A stretch of 53,167 nt of DNA from the NCBI GenBank assembly GCA_001642005.1, contig LWCA01000113.1:1-53167 (forward strand), given 5' to 3'. A program made the position numbers and the translations under genes. The stretch comes from Intoshia linei. Lineage: Eukaryota > Animalia > Orthonectida. The notes beneath the pieces are model-generated. The model saw only the letters and a program-made list of their open reading frames with translations. It was not told where the DNA came from and did no database searches. Positions 11,856 through 22,910 of the stretch are shown piece by piece (position 1 is the stretch's first letter; every line of letters starts with the position of its first letter).

Positions 11856-12204
11856 AAAAATTTTCCATGGGTATTTTAAATTTTTTGAAACTGTGTATTT
11901 GAGAATGAAAAATTGTGTAGCTATGAAAAAATGTTCAATGAATATTTTTTTTGAAATGATAAGATGATTATTTAATTTTTTAATTTTAATTAGTAATGCG
12001 ACTATTTCTAAATTTTCAACGATGTCGATTTCGATTCCGATGCAATTCCAAATACTTTTGAATCATACTATTTTTGTGAGTTTTATTTGTTTTAATTAGA
12101 AAAATTAGAAAAATGACTAAGAAAAATAATAAAAATGCTTAAAATTAATTAATTAATATTCAATTAATGTCAGAACAAATAATTTTATTTTATAATGTTA
12201 AAAT

Positions 12205-12420
12205 ACAGTATTCTCTCTATAACTCGCCATTCTTGGGATTTAGAAAAGTTGGCGAGATATGGAATTTGACGAGATAATGAATTTATAATTATAGAAACAA
12301 TAGATAAAACTTTTAAATTCAAGGCTAAATGGCAATAACATTTAAATTGTAATACCAATTAATGACAAATCTATTTTATCAAAAAATCCATTTTTAAAAC
12401 TGATATTAATTAATTATTCT
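12205..12420 (+). mobile_element. pogo/Tigger-like MITE, left-end fragment
   Basis: TA|CAGTATTCTCTCTATAACTCGCCATTCTTGGGATTTAGAAAA, the same family as the complete element at 34658-34911. Confidence 0.7.
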
Positions 12421-13381
12421 TTTAATTTTATATTGACATTATATATGTATATATAATATACATATTAAATATTTTCTAATTGATTTTTTCGATCTAACCT
12501 CGATCAATTGTACAAAAGAATTTGAACATTCGTCAATAATATCGTACCTTTTTCTGACGAATCTAAATTCAGCTATATTCCAGGGATTAATAACTAATTT
12601 TTATACTATACTCTCGAAAAACTACATTAGAAATTTATATTTAAATGCCTTTTTAAATTATAAGGCTGTTAATTTTTTAATTAAACGGTAAAAAACAGAC
12701 ATTTAACTTTAAATAAGTAAAGGATTAGTACAAAATATTTCGCGGAACTTAGTAAAACTATACGGACCTCTAGGTGTCCGTGGTTCCCAGTTTAAGAAAT
12801 TTTGAAATTTCCATTAAGCACGTGATAATTACCTTATTTTACAATTATATAAATGAGAAAATTTATTAATGATTTAAAAGCCCTTTGAAAGGGTTAAATT
12901 AAAAATTGGTCTAAAAGATTAATAATATATCAGCTTATGACAATGTTAATAAGATATTTACTTATATGAACTGAATAGCGAACATTAATATGTATAATGG
13001 AAAAATAATTGTTCCACGCATACCATTGAATGATTTATCACTTTTAGTTATTTTTATGTTTATATACATTTATTACACAGATAATGTTTGACATTAATTC
13101 AATTAAAAGGTTACATTTTGAATATATCATAAAAGAAAATTTAAAAAATACAAGTGTAATCAATAAACTCATACAAATATTAATAATATCTAGTATAATT
13201 GAATAACTCCTATAAATTTTATACTATAGGCCAAAAATAATGGATGTTTATTATAATTAATTTTCCACTATGGTTTTATAGAGCACGCTCATTTGATTTT
13301 AAAATTAATATACTTCTTGAAATTTTTTAGATTTAAATACAATTTGTATATAAATATCAATATATTTATTGATATATTATA

Positions 13382-13986
13382 CTAGCTTGACTGTTATTTA
13401 CTTGGTACAAACAGTAGCTAACTAATTTTTTAATTAATTAGAAACAATGAATGCATAATATTATAAAACATCCAATTATAGTTACACCCCTAAATGCGCA
13501 AATTACTGAGGTTGAAATTTTGTATTTAGATAAATTTTATCTAAATACAAAATATAAATTAATAATAAAAGTTCCGGATTATAATAAACTGGTATGAGAT
13601 GTATAATGATAATTTTTTTTTTAATTCTAGGATTATTAGATACATTATTATTATCATTATTAAATTGAAAATTTTGGAGTGTGTTAAGAGGATATAACTG
13701 TATTAGCTGTAATTTTTTATAAATTTTTAAGACTCATTTCATTTATATAAAAAATGGTAATTTGGAGTTTTGACCATAAAGATGTAAGTTTCTGAGACTG
13801 AGATTTAAGAAATTTTTAAAATGAAGGAGAAATTGATTTTTTAACCCTTAATGACACAATTTTGAAAAATCATATATGCGATATTATTATTCTAAATTGG
13901 GAAATATATTATTATTTAAATTATATGACTATTAATTTTTTAAATAATGGTAACACACAGACATTCAATTTTATATAAGTAAAGGA
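13382..13986 (-). mobile_element. Complete ~605-bp non-autonomous Helitron, second 5'-end subfamily
   Basis: The minus strand reads A|TCCTTTACTTATATAAAATTGAATGTCTGTGTGTTACC ... CTGTTTGTACCAAGTAAATAACAGTCAAGCTAG|T. Confidence 0.8.
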
Positions 13987-15039
13987 TATATTTATTACAA
14001 AAAAAACTAAAAACTTGAAATTAAAAAATTATCTTTTTAAATAAAATTTTTCACTCCTCTCATATAAAAATCTACGGACATGAGTTTAAAAATCACCGTT
14101 ATATAAGGTAAAATTCTAGGTCAAAATAAAATTTACTGAATTGTGAAAACTTATAAAAATAAAAATCGATTGCTATCCAAATTAAATTTTAATTTGAACC
14201 TAGCCTAAAGGAAGTAATTTTAAATTTTCGCGAATAGTTTCATGTCAAATCTAATTATTCTGTATATCCCAAATATTTATATTTTAACGAATCAATAATC
14301 CAAATTTGACTAAGACGATTTAGTTTCAGATTAATATTAATACACATTTATTAATTGAACAAGTTATAATATATTTTATTTAATTTTAATATTTTTTTTA
14401 AAACTCCAACATGAATATAAAAGCTATTATGTATTAATTCATTATAATTAATTAATTATGATATTATTAAATTTGATTTTACTTAATATAAAGTTAATTG
14501 GGACATGATATTTTATTTCTATTTTCTTTATTATATTACTTTAGATTTAATTGGAATAATTAATTATTTAATCTGGACTAATGGCTACATTTAATAAGTA
14601 ATGTATTCTTTAGTTTTTTATTCAATATATAACGTTTGATCCATAAACAAGTTAAATTGATATGCTGTGTGGTGGTTTTACCAATCTTACCCAATGTCTT
14701 TGCGCCAATCTTTGTTATGATTGCACCGGACGTAATTTTAAATTTATTAGTATCGTTCACCTTCAATTAATTTTATTCACAATATAAGTACTTTACATTA
14801 CCATGCTTAAGTTGTTATCGAGCATATCATACTGAAGGTTCTCAAAAAGTAATTTTTATATAATTCACTTTTGGCGAACATTCAGTTCAAAGACATAATC
14901 ATGGATTTTGCTGATTAATCATATTATTGATTTTTGTGGGGTTCTTTAAGGGAAAATTGTTTAGGGTTTTTAAGGAAAGTTTTTTTTCATGCAATTTTAT
15001 AGAGATAATAAAGTTATGTTTATCCCAAAATTTCTCAAA

Positions 15040-15099
15040 ATTGTCCGCTCTCGGCAGAGCTAGGTGCTGTTTGTACGTAGTACATAACAGTCTAACTAG
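15040..15099 (+). mobile_element. Isolated Helitron 3' terminus
   Basis: CTCGGCAGAGCTAGGTGCTGTTTGTACGTAGTACATAACAGTCTAACTAG|T. Confidence 0.8.
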
Positions 15100-15122
15100 T
15101 AATAATATAATATTATCAATAG

Positions 15123-18100
15123 ATTTAAAGTGCGGAAATTTGCCAAAATTTCAATTTTCCAGTGTATATAGCCTTCAGAATGTGAACTCAGAATGTGACA
15201 CATCAATTGTAAATTATAAATGCATGTCTGATAAAACACCAACATTTTTCGAAATTCAATGCTATGGAACAGATTGGATGATTCCACCAGTTTTGTGTCA
15301 AGGTAAATATAAACATTATTTGTTGACCATTTTAAAACGTTGTACAGTTTATTTGTAGTTGTCTTCACACAGGAGTAAAAAGTGCGACCTAAAAAAATGC
15401 AGATTGAGTATTTTTTATAGGGTTGAGTTAATTGCAATAATTTATTAGGTTTTCTTAAACTGAATCTTCTTATTATGAAATCATATATTTTTAAAAAATT
15501 TTCAGTTTGTACAGTTGTATCCTGTTAACACACACAGAAAATTTCAATCCGAATAAGTGAAGTACAGTTGTATCCTGTTAACACACATAAAAAATTTCAA
15601 TCCGAATAAGTGACGACCTTCACTGTCAAAAAAGCATTTTAGTATTCATATATTTTTTTCTGAAATATTTTATTAAAACAAATAATGTGAAATAATAAAC
15701 GGTCCAAAAATTAAAAAAAAGAATATTCTAATAGAGCTTATTCCAGTTGATATAAATACAAAATTTCAACTCCAGAAATCTACGCATTCATGGTTAAAAA
15801 TAATTTTGAATATTTTATCAACCAATATTTTTCAAATATTTCGATTAAAATCAAAAATTGAAAATGTAATTGATCCTACAATTTTATAAAAAATGTGGAG
15901 ATTGTACGTCTACACATTTCCAATTATAATAAAAATCTATATAATTCATTCCTTCGGAATTTTTTTTATTGCTACGCAATTTTTAAATTTCACATTTTCA
16001 TTTTTAAAAAATTTTGTAAACTTTAAATAATTTATGATACTACAGCAACGTAATATAAAATATAAAATTACATTTATACTAACTAAAAACGTTATTTTAA
16101 TACTTATTGAAATTTGAAATAAAATGACAAAAAGAAAAGTAACATTTACAAGAAAAAACTTAACAAAATTAAAAAGATGAGACGTCTCATTAATTATACC
16201 AAAAAAATAAATTCACGTTGAAAATCTAATAGTACAGTAATACATTTTTGGTAGTCTTATTTTAATGGATTCGTAAAAGTGATTTGAACCATAATAAATT
16301 TAATTTTTAATGTTAAAATTAAAATGTCCGCCTTCGGTAGAGCTAAGTGCTGTTTGTACATAGTACAAACCAGCCAAGCTAGTTATATTATAATATGTAA
16401 AATTTACCAATTCAAAAATTCCACAACTAATAAAATTTAATCAAAAATATCATTTCAAGCCCTCACGAAAAAATTGTCTTACACCGATATTTATTTCAAA
16501 AATCCGATATTGCGAAATCTTATGAAAAATATCCACGTCATCAAACCACAAATAAAAAATCTAATTTTTCAGCCCTTAATGAAAAATATCCTTTTTCCAA
16601 TACTTTTTTTAAAAGCCTCTTATTCCAACCACAAATTACTAACGCTTAAGGGAATTATCCTCTTTTTCCAATATTATTTTGAAAAATATTATGAGTGATT
16701 ACGAACTGGAACGCTATCATCAAGATTGTTAAATTAAAGGAAGCCCTTATGACAGTTCAACCTACGTCAACACAAAATGAAAGAAATTTCTCTACTGCTT
16801 CTAATTTCGTTACAAAACGTAGAATGCGTTTAAAAGATGAATCTATCAATATTATGTGTTTTGAAACACTTTTTCAACTATTTAAAATAAATAAATTTTT
16901 TTCTAATGAAATTTGTAAATTTCAATCTAGATTTGTGTTATTTCATTAATTAAGGTCTCTATAATTTTTAATGCTTCTATATTATATATGAATAAAAAAT
17001 TTTTTTTAGTTTTTCCGGTTCTCGACTTTTGTCATTTCTCGGGAAATCACAATCACTAGTTTTTATCGACGTTTAAATTTTGGTTATTTATGAAATAATG
17101 TTTATAGACGTTTTCAAAATACCATTTCAAATGACCGATGATAACACCCTATAGTACATTGTACATTATTTATATTAGGATGTCCAGTGGACATTGTCCA
17201 CCTTTTTAAATTGGTTAATATTAAAAGATAAATGATATTGATACTCGTACAAACCACAGTGTTGTTTATTTTCAAAGGTTTTTTCTAATTCAAATTTAAA
17301 GCCATTTTTAGTCATTTCAGATAACAATTTTTTGTTACCATAGTTATATTATTATGGTATTGTATTATTATTATTATTTGTTCAAATTTAAGTTTATGAC
17401 ATTTTTAGGGGTGCCATATCGAATTTTATTGAATTAAAGGATGCGAAATGGAAAAGGTTAAGAACATATGTTCTAGAATATCATACTATTTTGTGTGTTA
17501 AATTTAAAATATCAAGCCAGGTGTCTTAGAAAGGTTGTCAGGGATTTAGTTTGTGGAACAAAATAAATGGGCCTATTTTATATTTTCGGGTGGTCTCGAG
17601 CTGGCTAGGTTAGGATCTGCTTCCATGGTGCGTCTATTTTAAAAAAATGCATGATAGCATGCCAAATTGACCTACAATATATAGTAATTTGAAAACAGTT
17701 TATATAATGCATGTAAAAAAATATTTTTTTGAGTCCATTACTTAGATCGAATAATTAACAATTTGCCATTCTATATATCGATCGCTATTGTTATGTTGGT
17801 TGCAATTATCTTAATTACTCTCGATATACTCATGTTCATAAGACGAACACGAAGACGCAAAAAAATGAATAATTTTAGACATACTATCAAGAGAAATATT
17901 AAATTGCGCAATTTTTACAATTCGCAAAAATCTATCCGGTTAAATAGCTCAATTCGATCTGCTAATGGAAATAATTGTAATTTTTTTTAATTTCGATGCT
18001 TATTTTAATTAACCAGTATTATTAGAATGTGATATTTATAATTTTCTATTAAATTTTGTTGATAAAACCATTGTTGTCACAGTTTTTCTCACTCAACCTT

Positions 18101-19733
18101 CGAGTTTATGAATTATAACAAAATTCGTACAACCAAGTGAAAATATATGCATTAGACATGAAATATAGTAGTGATTCTCAACGTGTGGCCATTATGAATT
18201 TTTTGAGGTCCATAGAATATTTTTTATAATATTTTGTCTTTGTATTAAAAATTTTTGGTTTCATGAATTTTCTAATGATAAAATAAAAATTGTGACCCTT
18301 GATGGTTTAAATTATTTTATATTGATATAATATGGCCTTTCTGAAAAAAGTTGAGAAGCCTGATCAGGGTCGTGGGGAGCCAGCAGTAGGCTCGGCCCAG
18401 ATGTAAATAGTAGGTCTCTATAAAAAAATTTAAAAAAAAGGTACCTCTATACTAGGGTGCACAACCTGCGGCAGTGAGAGCGTTTATGTGAGGCCGTGGG
18501 CATGTCATCATAATGCAATATATCAATTTACTTCAAATTGAAAAGTTTAAATCAAATTCAAGATTTTATTCAAGGGAAATTTAAAATATTTTTATCAAAA
18601 ATGAACATTTGTGACTTTGCCCAGTTTCTCAAATTGGATTAAACTTTCAAAATTTAAACCTATTCATACATAAAAAAATATAGACTCCTTATGATTGTAA
18701 GCCCGAGCCATATGACCCTAGCTTCTCTTCACGACCCTGACTCTGATAAATGTCAGTTACAATTTTTATTATAAAAAGTCATTTTTCACGTCGATTCTTT
18801 TTTTGATATAATATATTTATCAAATAATTTTTTAAATCGGTCACTATTTACCCTCCCCAAATGCAATCTTGAAGTTAATACTATATTTTATTTTATTTTT
18901 CTTATGCACGTTCACATTTATTATTGTTACATTTATTGACTCAAAATTTAATTTTTTATATAGCTGAATCCGTCAAGAAAATGGTAATTCCAATTAAACA
19001 TAACAAAGTTTCGTCAATATCTAGCCGAGAAGGTATTATAAAATAATTATAGATTTCTTGTAAATAATAATTAAATTTGTATTAACAACAATTATGGATT
19101 TTTTAAAAAAGTGTAATGTGTAGTTTTGATTGTAAAAATGCATTTTTATGAGGTTTTAATTTATGATAATGCTTATGATTTTAAAAAATATCACAGAATT
19201 TATGTATTATAAAGTTTGAGGACTTTTTTCATTTTGAAAAAAAGGGGAAATTTCTTGTTTTGACCATGAAGATGTGCGTTTCTGAGGCTGAGATTTACGG
19301 CAATGATAATGATTTTAAAACGCGTCCACGAATTTATGTAGTTTTAAATTTTAGGATTGATTTTATTTTTATAAAAAAGGGCAAGTCAGGTTTTTGACTC
19401 TGAAGTATTCAATTTCGGTAAATGAAACATAGAAATCGGTAAATAAACATCATCTGCGAAAGGTTGTATTAGAAATTTAATTATTGTAAATTCTAAGACT
19501 TTTTATTTTTGAAATAAGAAGTAACACACAAACAGACATTCAATTTTATATATATTTTGACTTTGAAGGACTCAATTTGGGAAAATGAAACTTATATAGA
19601 AAACATAAATATGATTAATTGTATAATGTACAATATAATTGTGTAATATGATAATAATTTTAATTATAAGTAAAGGAGTTATTACGTATATTTATAGTCT
19701 AATATAGAAACTAAAGATGGAGAACTGGTATAA
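15123..19733 (+). CDS. Type I membrane protein with a sushi/CCP domain, one TM helix and a basic cytoplasmic tail (5' exons unresolved)
   Basis: Phase-1 GT-AG exons: 15123-15302 (LKCGNLP..VNYKC..IQCYGTDWMIPPVLC), 17746-17976 (FYISIAIVMLVAIILITLDILMFI-RRTRRRKK), 18964-19032 and 19708-19733 (ETKDGELV*). All join in frame. Confidence 0.65.
15485..16382 (+). mobile_element. Helitron family copy (internal block plus 3' end) in the sushi-gene intron, with a ~53-bp tandem duplication
   Basis: TACAGTTGTATCCTGTTAACACAC..AATTTCAATCCGAATAAGTGA occurs twice (~15510 and ~15563). Ends GCTGTTTGTACATAGTACAAACCAGCCAAGCTAG|T. Confidence 0.75.
16695..17058 (+). mobile_element. hAT transposon 3' remnant (C-terminal dimerization domain plus TIR)
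   Basis: ALMTVQPTSTQNERNFSTASNFVTKRRMRLKDESINIMCF fits the hATC 'P.TS...ER.FS.....+..R.RL' motif. The end CGGGAAATCACAATCACTA is a TAGTGATTG-type TIR. Confidence 0.8.
18169..18362. mobile_element. hAT-type MITE
   Basis: TAGTGATTCTCAACGTGTGGCC ... AAAAGTTGAGAAGCCTG, degenerate CAGTGRTTCTCAAC-type TIRs. Confidence 0.6.
18365..18739. mobile_element. hAT-type MITE, 375 bp
   Basis: TIRs CAGGGTCGTGGGGAG / CTCTTCACGACCCTG, with 8-bp flanks agcctgat/actctgat (6/8 match). Confidence 0.7.
19095..19554 (-). mobile_element. Helitron family 5' fragment (subfamily of 13382-13986)
   Basis: Minus strand TATATAAAATTGAATGTCTGTTTGTGTGTTAC. TTTGACCATGAAGATGT..TTTCTGAGGCTGAGATTTA is shared with 13768-13808. 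Confidence 0.7.
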
Positions 19734-20045
19734 TCAATATTGAAAAAGCGATAATTGTTGTAGAAAGACCACACATTATTTTTGACATATTCAATAAATA
19801 TTATATATATAAAGTAAACTTTCGAAAAGTGACCACTTTTTGGGAAACTGGTCACTTTTTCTACAGTGCTAAAATTATAATTTTAATATAGTTAGTGCAC
19901 TAGTGTATTTATTAAGCTAATTACATCCTATTTAACAATATGATATGGAATAAATATATGCCGATCAATTAATCGAGAATATTATTTATTAGACGTCCCT
20001 GAAAATACATTAGAAATATGATGATAATAGTAATTTAACATTTAT

Positions 20046-20345
20046 TATATATAATATGCTACGCTATTTTTGTCTGTGTGTTACGCTATATTTAAATAAC
20101 TACCCGTCTTAGAATTTTTTAATTTCAATTTCAATTACAGTTTTTGCTGGGACGTATATTAAGATAAATTCTAACCTCCCAATTTCACACCTAACGGGTC
20201 AAAAACCCCTGTTGTCCCTCATTTTGAAAATCAAACGAGTTGGAAAATTTAATAAAAATATATACACTGATGTGGCTTTTAAAATCAAGATCCAGAACCC
20301 TTAATAATAAAATAAAAAAAGATTTTAATCCTAAAAAAATTATAT
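20046..20345 (+). mobile_element. Helitron family 5' fragment
   Basis: TATATAATATGCTACGCTATTTTTGTCTGTGTGTTACGCT..TAACTACCCGTCT..ACGGGTCAAAAACCCC..AAACGAGTTGGA matches 7360-7575. Confidence 0.78.
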
Positions 20346-20899
20346 TATAACCATAGTAATCACAGATAAACAATTTTTGGACCGTCATTTTCATTATTAT
20401 GCCAAGTGGCTCATAGAAAAAATCTAAAATCTAAAATAATCTAAATAAGTAATTTAATCTAAAATTTCCGGTGTGTTGTGACAAATTTGAAAGCTTGCTG
20501 TTAGATATGTTCATAATTTTACTACATACATTATATTATTTTTATAAATGTTTTGAATGTTATGAAACTACAAGTCTCTTTTGAAGAGATAGTTTAATTA
20601 TGAAGAAGGTCGTAGTGCAACAATACAAGAAAATGAAAAAATGAAATTTTCCGAAAGAAACCGTCTTATCAGCTTTATTTCATTTCTAAACAAATATTTA
20701 TTTTTTATAATAAATTTTTTTTGTAAAATAGTTTCCGGTAATTCATGCGTTTTTTGAAAAATGTGTGCATCCCTGCATATAAAAGAACCATACAAAAATC
20801 AGATATTACAATAATTGTTCCATTTAATATGTATATAATTAAAATACTGTCTACTTTATTTCCATTTAGAATTACAGCTAGTTAAAAATTAAAAATATT

Positions 20900-22061
20900 T
20901 ATTAAATTATACCGTTTATTCGTGATTCAATTGGTAATACAATTGCAGTTAAAATTGAATAATAAGAATAACATATTTTAAATTTCGAACGACTCAAAAA
21001 TTATTTCAAACAAACACTTAGTAATATCATCCGGCATGGAGAAAAGAATAACAAATGTATACAAACGTCAAAAGGTAGAAAGTGCTAGTAAAAATTAAAA
21101 AATAGAAAATAATTTCTAAAATAAATGTATAAAGGCTAAAAATAATAATATTCGAATATTTGGATTTATCGCACAATATACCCAGAAATATTTATCCGAA
21201 TCCTCTTGATAGAGACATGAAAATAATTATATTTTTTTTTTAGCATCCTTAAATTTTCCTAATACATGTTGAATGACAAATACAAAAGGGTTGTAAACAG
21301 TTATAGTCAATAGACAAACAATTACCATAAAGCATATATAAATTTTGTCTTTTAGCATATCTATTCCTAAATAATACTATATCTTGGGTAAAGTTCCACC
21401 CTTTGGTACATTTCTCATTTTTGCTTCAACAGTATCATTTTGAGGATTTTTTCCCACGGCTATTATATAGATTGGCAAATGGATCAAAGTAATTACGCCC
21501 ATGCCAAATGATAAACAATGCATGTAATTGCCAATTCCAGTATGATCAATAAAATATTTTATTATATAAGGAAATGCCATTCCTCCAACGCTGAACCAGA
21601 AGTAGCTATACTTAGTGCTTTTGTGGTGTGAGTATCGTAGTAATCCAGAATAAATAAGAATACACTATAAAATAATATACCCATTCTTATGTTGCTAATA
21701 AATGAATTTATCAATAAACACACCGTCTAGTTTGGATATAAATGATAAAACACATTAGAAATTGTTATAATAATTGCTCCTAAAAAAATGCTTTTTGGAT
21801 ATCCCATATAATAGTTAATAGTCGATGCCAGTGCTCCTAAATTAAACATTTAAATTTTTTATTTATTAAAAAAAGTATAAAATATAAAATACCTGAAAGT
21901 CTAAATCAACAGTAGGCTAGTAATATAAAATTTGATGCGTCCGTGTCGTTTATCAAAAATTGTTTTTTGAAATATTCCAATAAAACTGGTAAACTATACA
22001 CAAATCCATCCGTTACAAATAACATCATAAATGATGCATAAAGAGTTCGGTATTTGTACAT
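20900..22061 (-). pseudogene. MFS monocarboxylate-transporter (SLC16/MCT)-like pseudogene
   Basis: Recognisable segments: MYKYRTLYASFMMLFVTDGFVYSLPVLL, SGALASTINYYMGY and YYDTHTTKALSIATSGS/VGGMAFPYIIKYFIDHTG (MCT TM1-TM5 pattern). One 56-bp intron (21837-21892). In-frame TGA at 21906-21908, TAG at 21377-21379 and at least two frameshifts. Confidence 0.72.
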
Positions 22062-22396
22062 AAATTGTGTATATAAGACATTAAAAATATCATAGTATTA
22101 CTTATTATAATTAAACACTAATTATATTGCAATAGCTACTATATTACATTAAGTAAGAATAGAAATACAGATAATATTAATATTATATTAACCCATATAC
22201 TCCCAGACAAATTTTTCCAATTTTTTGGCTTCGATTTTTCCAAAAATTAGGGAAGTTAATACATACTTGCCTATTTCTCACCATATATAATTTTAGGTAA
22301 TAACCAATTGTAGTTATGGAGTTATTTCACATTCCATATGTTCACATTGTTAGAATAAGGCAAATAAAAGCGTGTATATATAAAACCGCATCGTCA

Positions 22397-22645
22397 ATAT
22401 ACCTATTATTTCATCAAATTGTAGACCAATATAGGAATTCATCATATGGTATTCACAACTTTAACAAAAAAAATATAAAAAATTTTTTCAGTGAATTTTT
22501 TTTGCTNNNNNNNNNNNNNATATACCTAATTATTTCATCAAATTGAAGCCAATACATAAATTCATCATATGGTATTCATTAAATTCAGTTATCACAACTT
22601 TAACAAAAAAAAATATAAAAAATTTTTTCAGTTAATTTTTTTTTT
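22397..22645 (+). repeat. Diverged ~110-125-bp tandem duplicate flanking an N gap
   Basis: ATATACCTA(A)TTATTTCATCAAATTG..CCAATA..AATTCATCATATGGTATTCA..CAACTTTAACAAAAAAAATATAAAAAATTTTTTCAGT lies on both sides of the N run at 22507-22519. Confidence 0.8.
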
Positions 22646-22789
22646 TTTGGTTTGAAAAATCATTTTGGCCCACTATCAGTGACACAGGTGGCTAATCGGT
22701 GAAAACTCATAACTAATATACTTGAATGTTATATAATATAATAATTAATTTAATTTTTCATATTTAATTAACTTTGTTTCAATTTGATA

Positions 22790-22910
22790 CGTGTTAACAG
22801 GATACAACTGTACCACCTGTAAATTTTTTTAAATTCTAAGAATGTTTTCATAAAAAAAAGGGTAATTTGTGGTTTTTGCCCTGAAGATATAATTTTTTTA
22901 AATTTAAATC
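22790..22910 (-). mobile_element. Helitron family internal fragment
   Basis: Reverse complement of ~40-160 (GTGTTAACAGGATACAACTGTACCACCTGT..GCCCTGAAGATAT). Confidence 0.75.

Noticed and set aside
15510-15612. Direct repeats resembling a CRISPR array (also 9592-9690)
   Set aside because: Two-copy tandem duplications without spacers inside a eukaryotic TE; no cas genes
21906-21908. In-frame TGA as selenocysteine or an alternative genetic code
   Set aside because: The same gene has a TAG and frameshifts, and the 8-kb spectrin CDS shows no sign of TGA reassignment
22660-22710. VTDSG as the missing prolidase GxNTDSG exon
   Set aside because: Followed by a stop after two codons, has no suitable splice sites, and lies beyond two other genes
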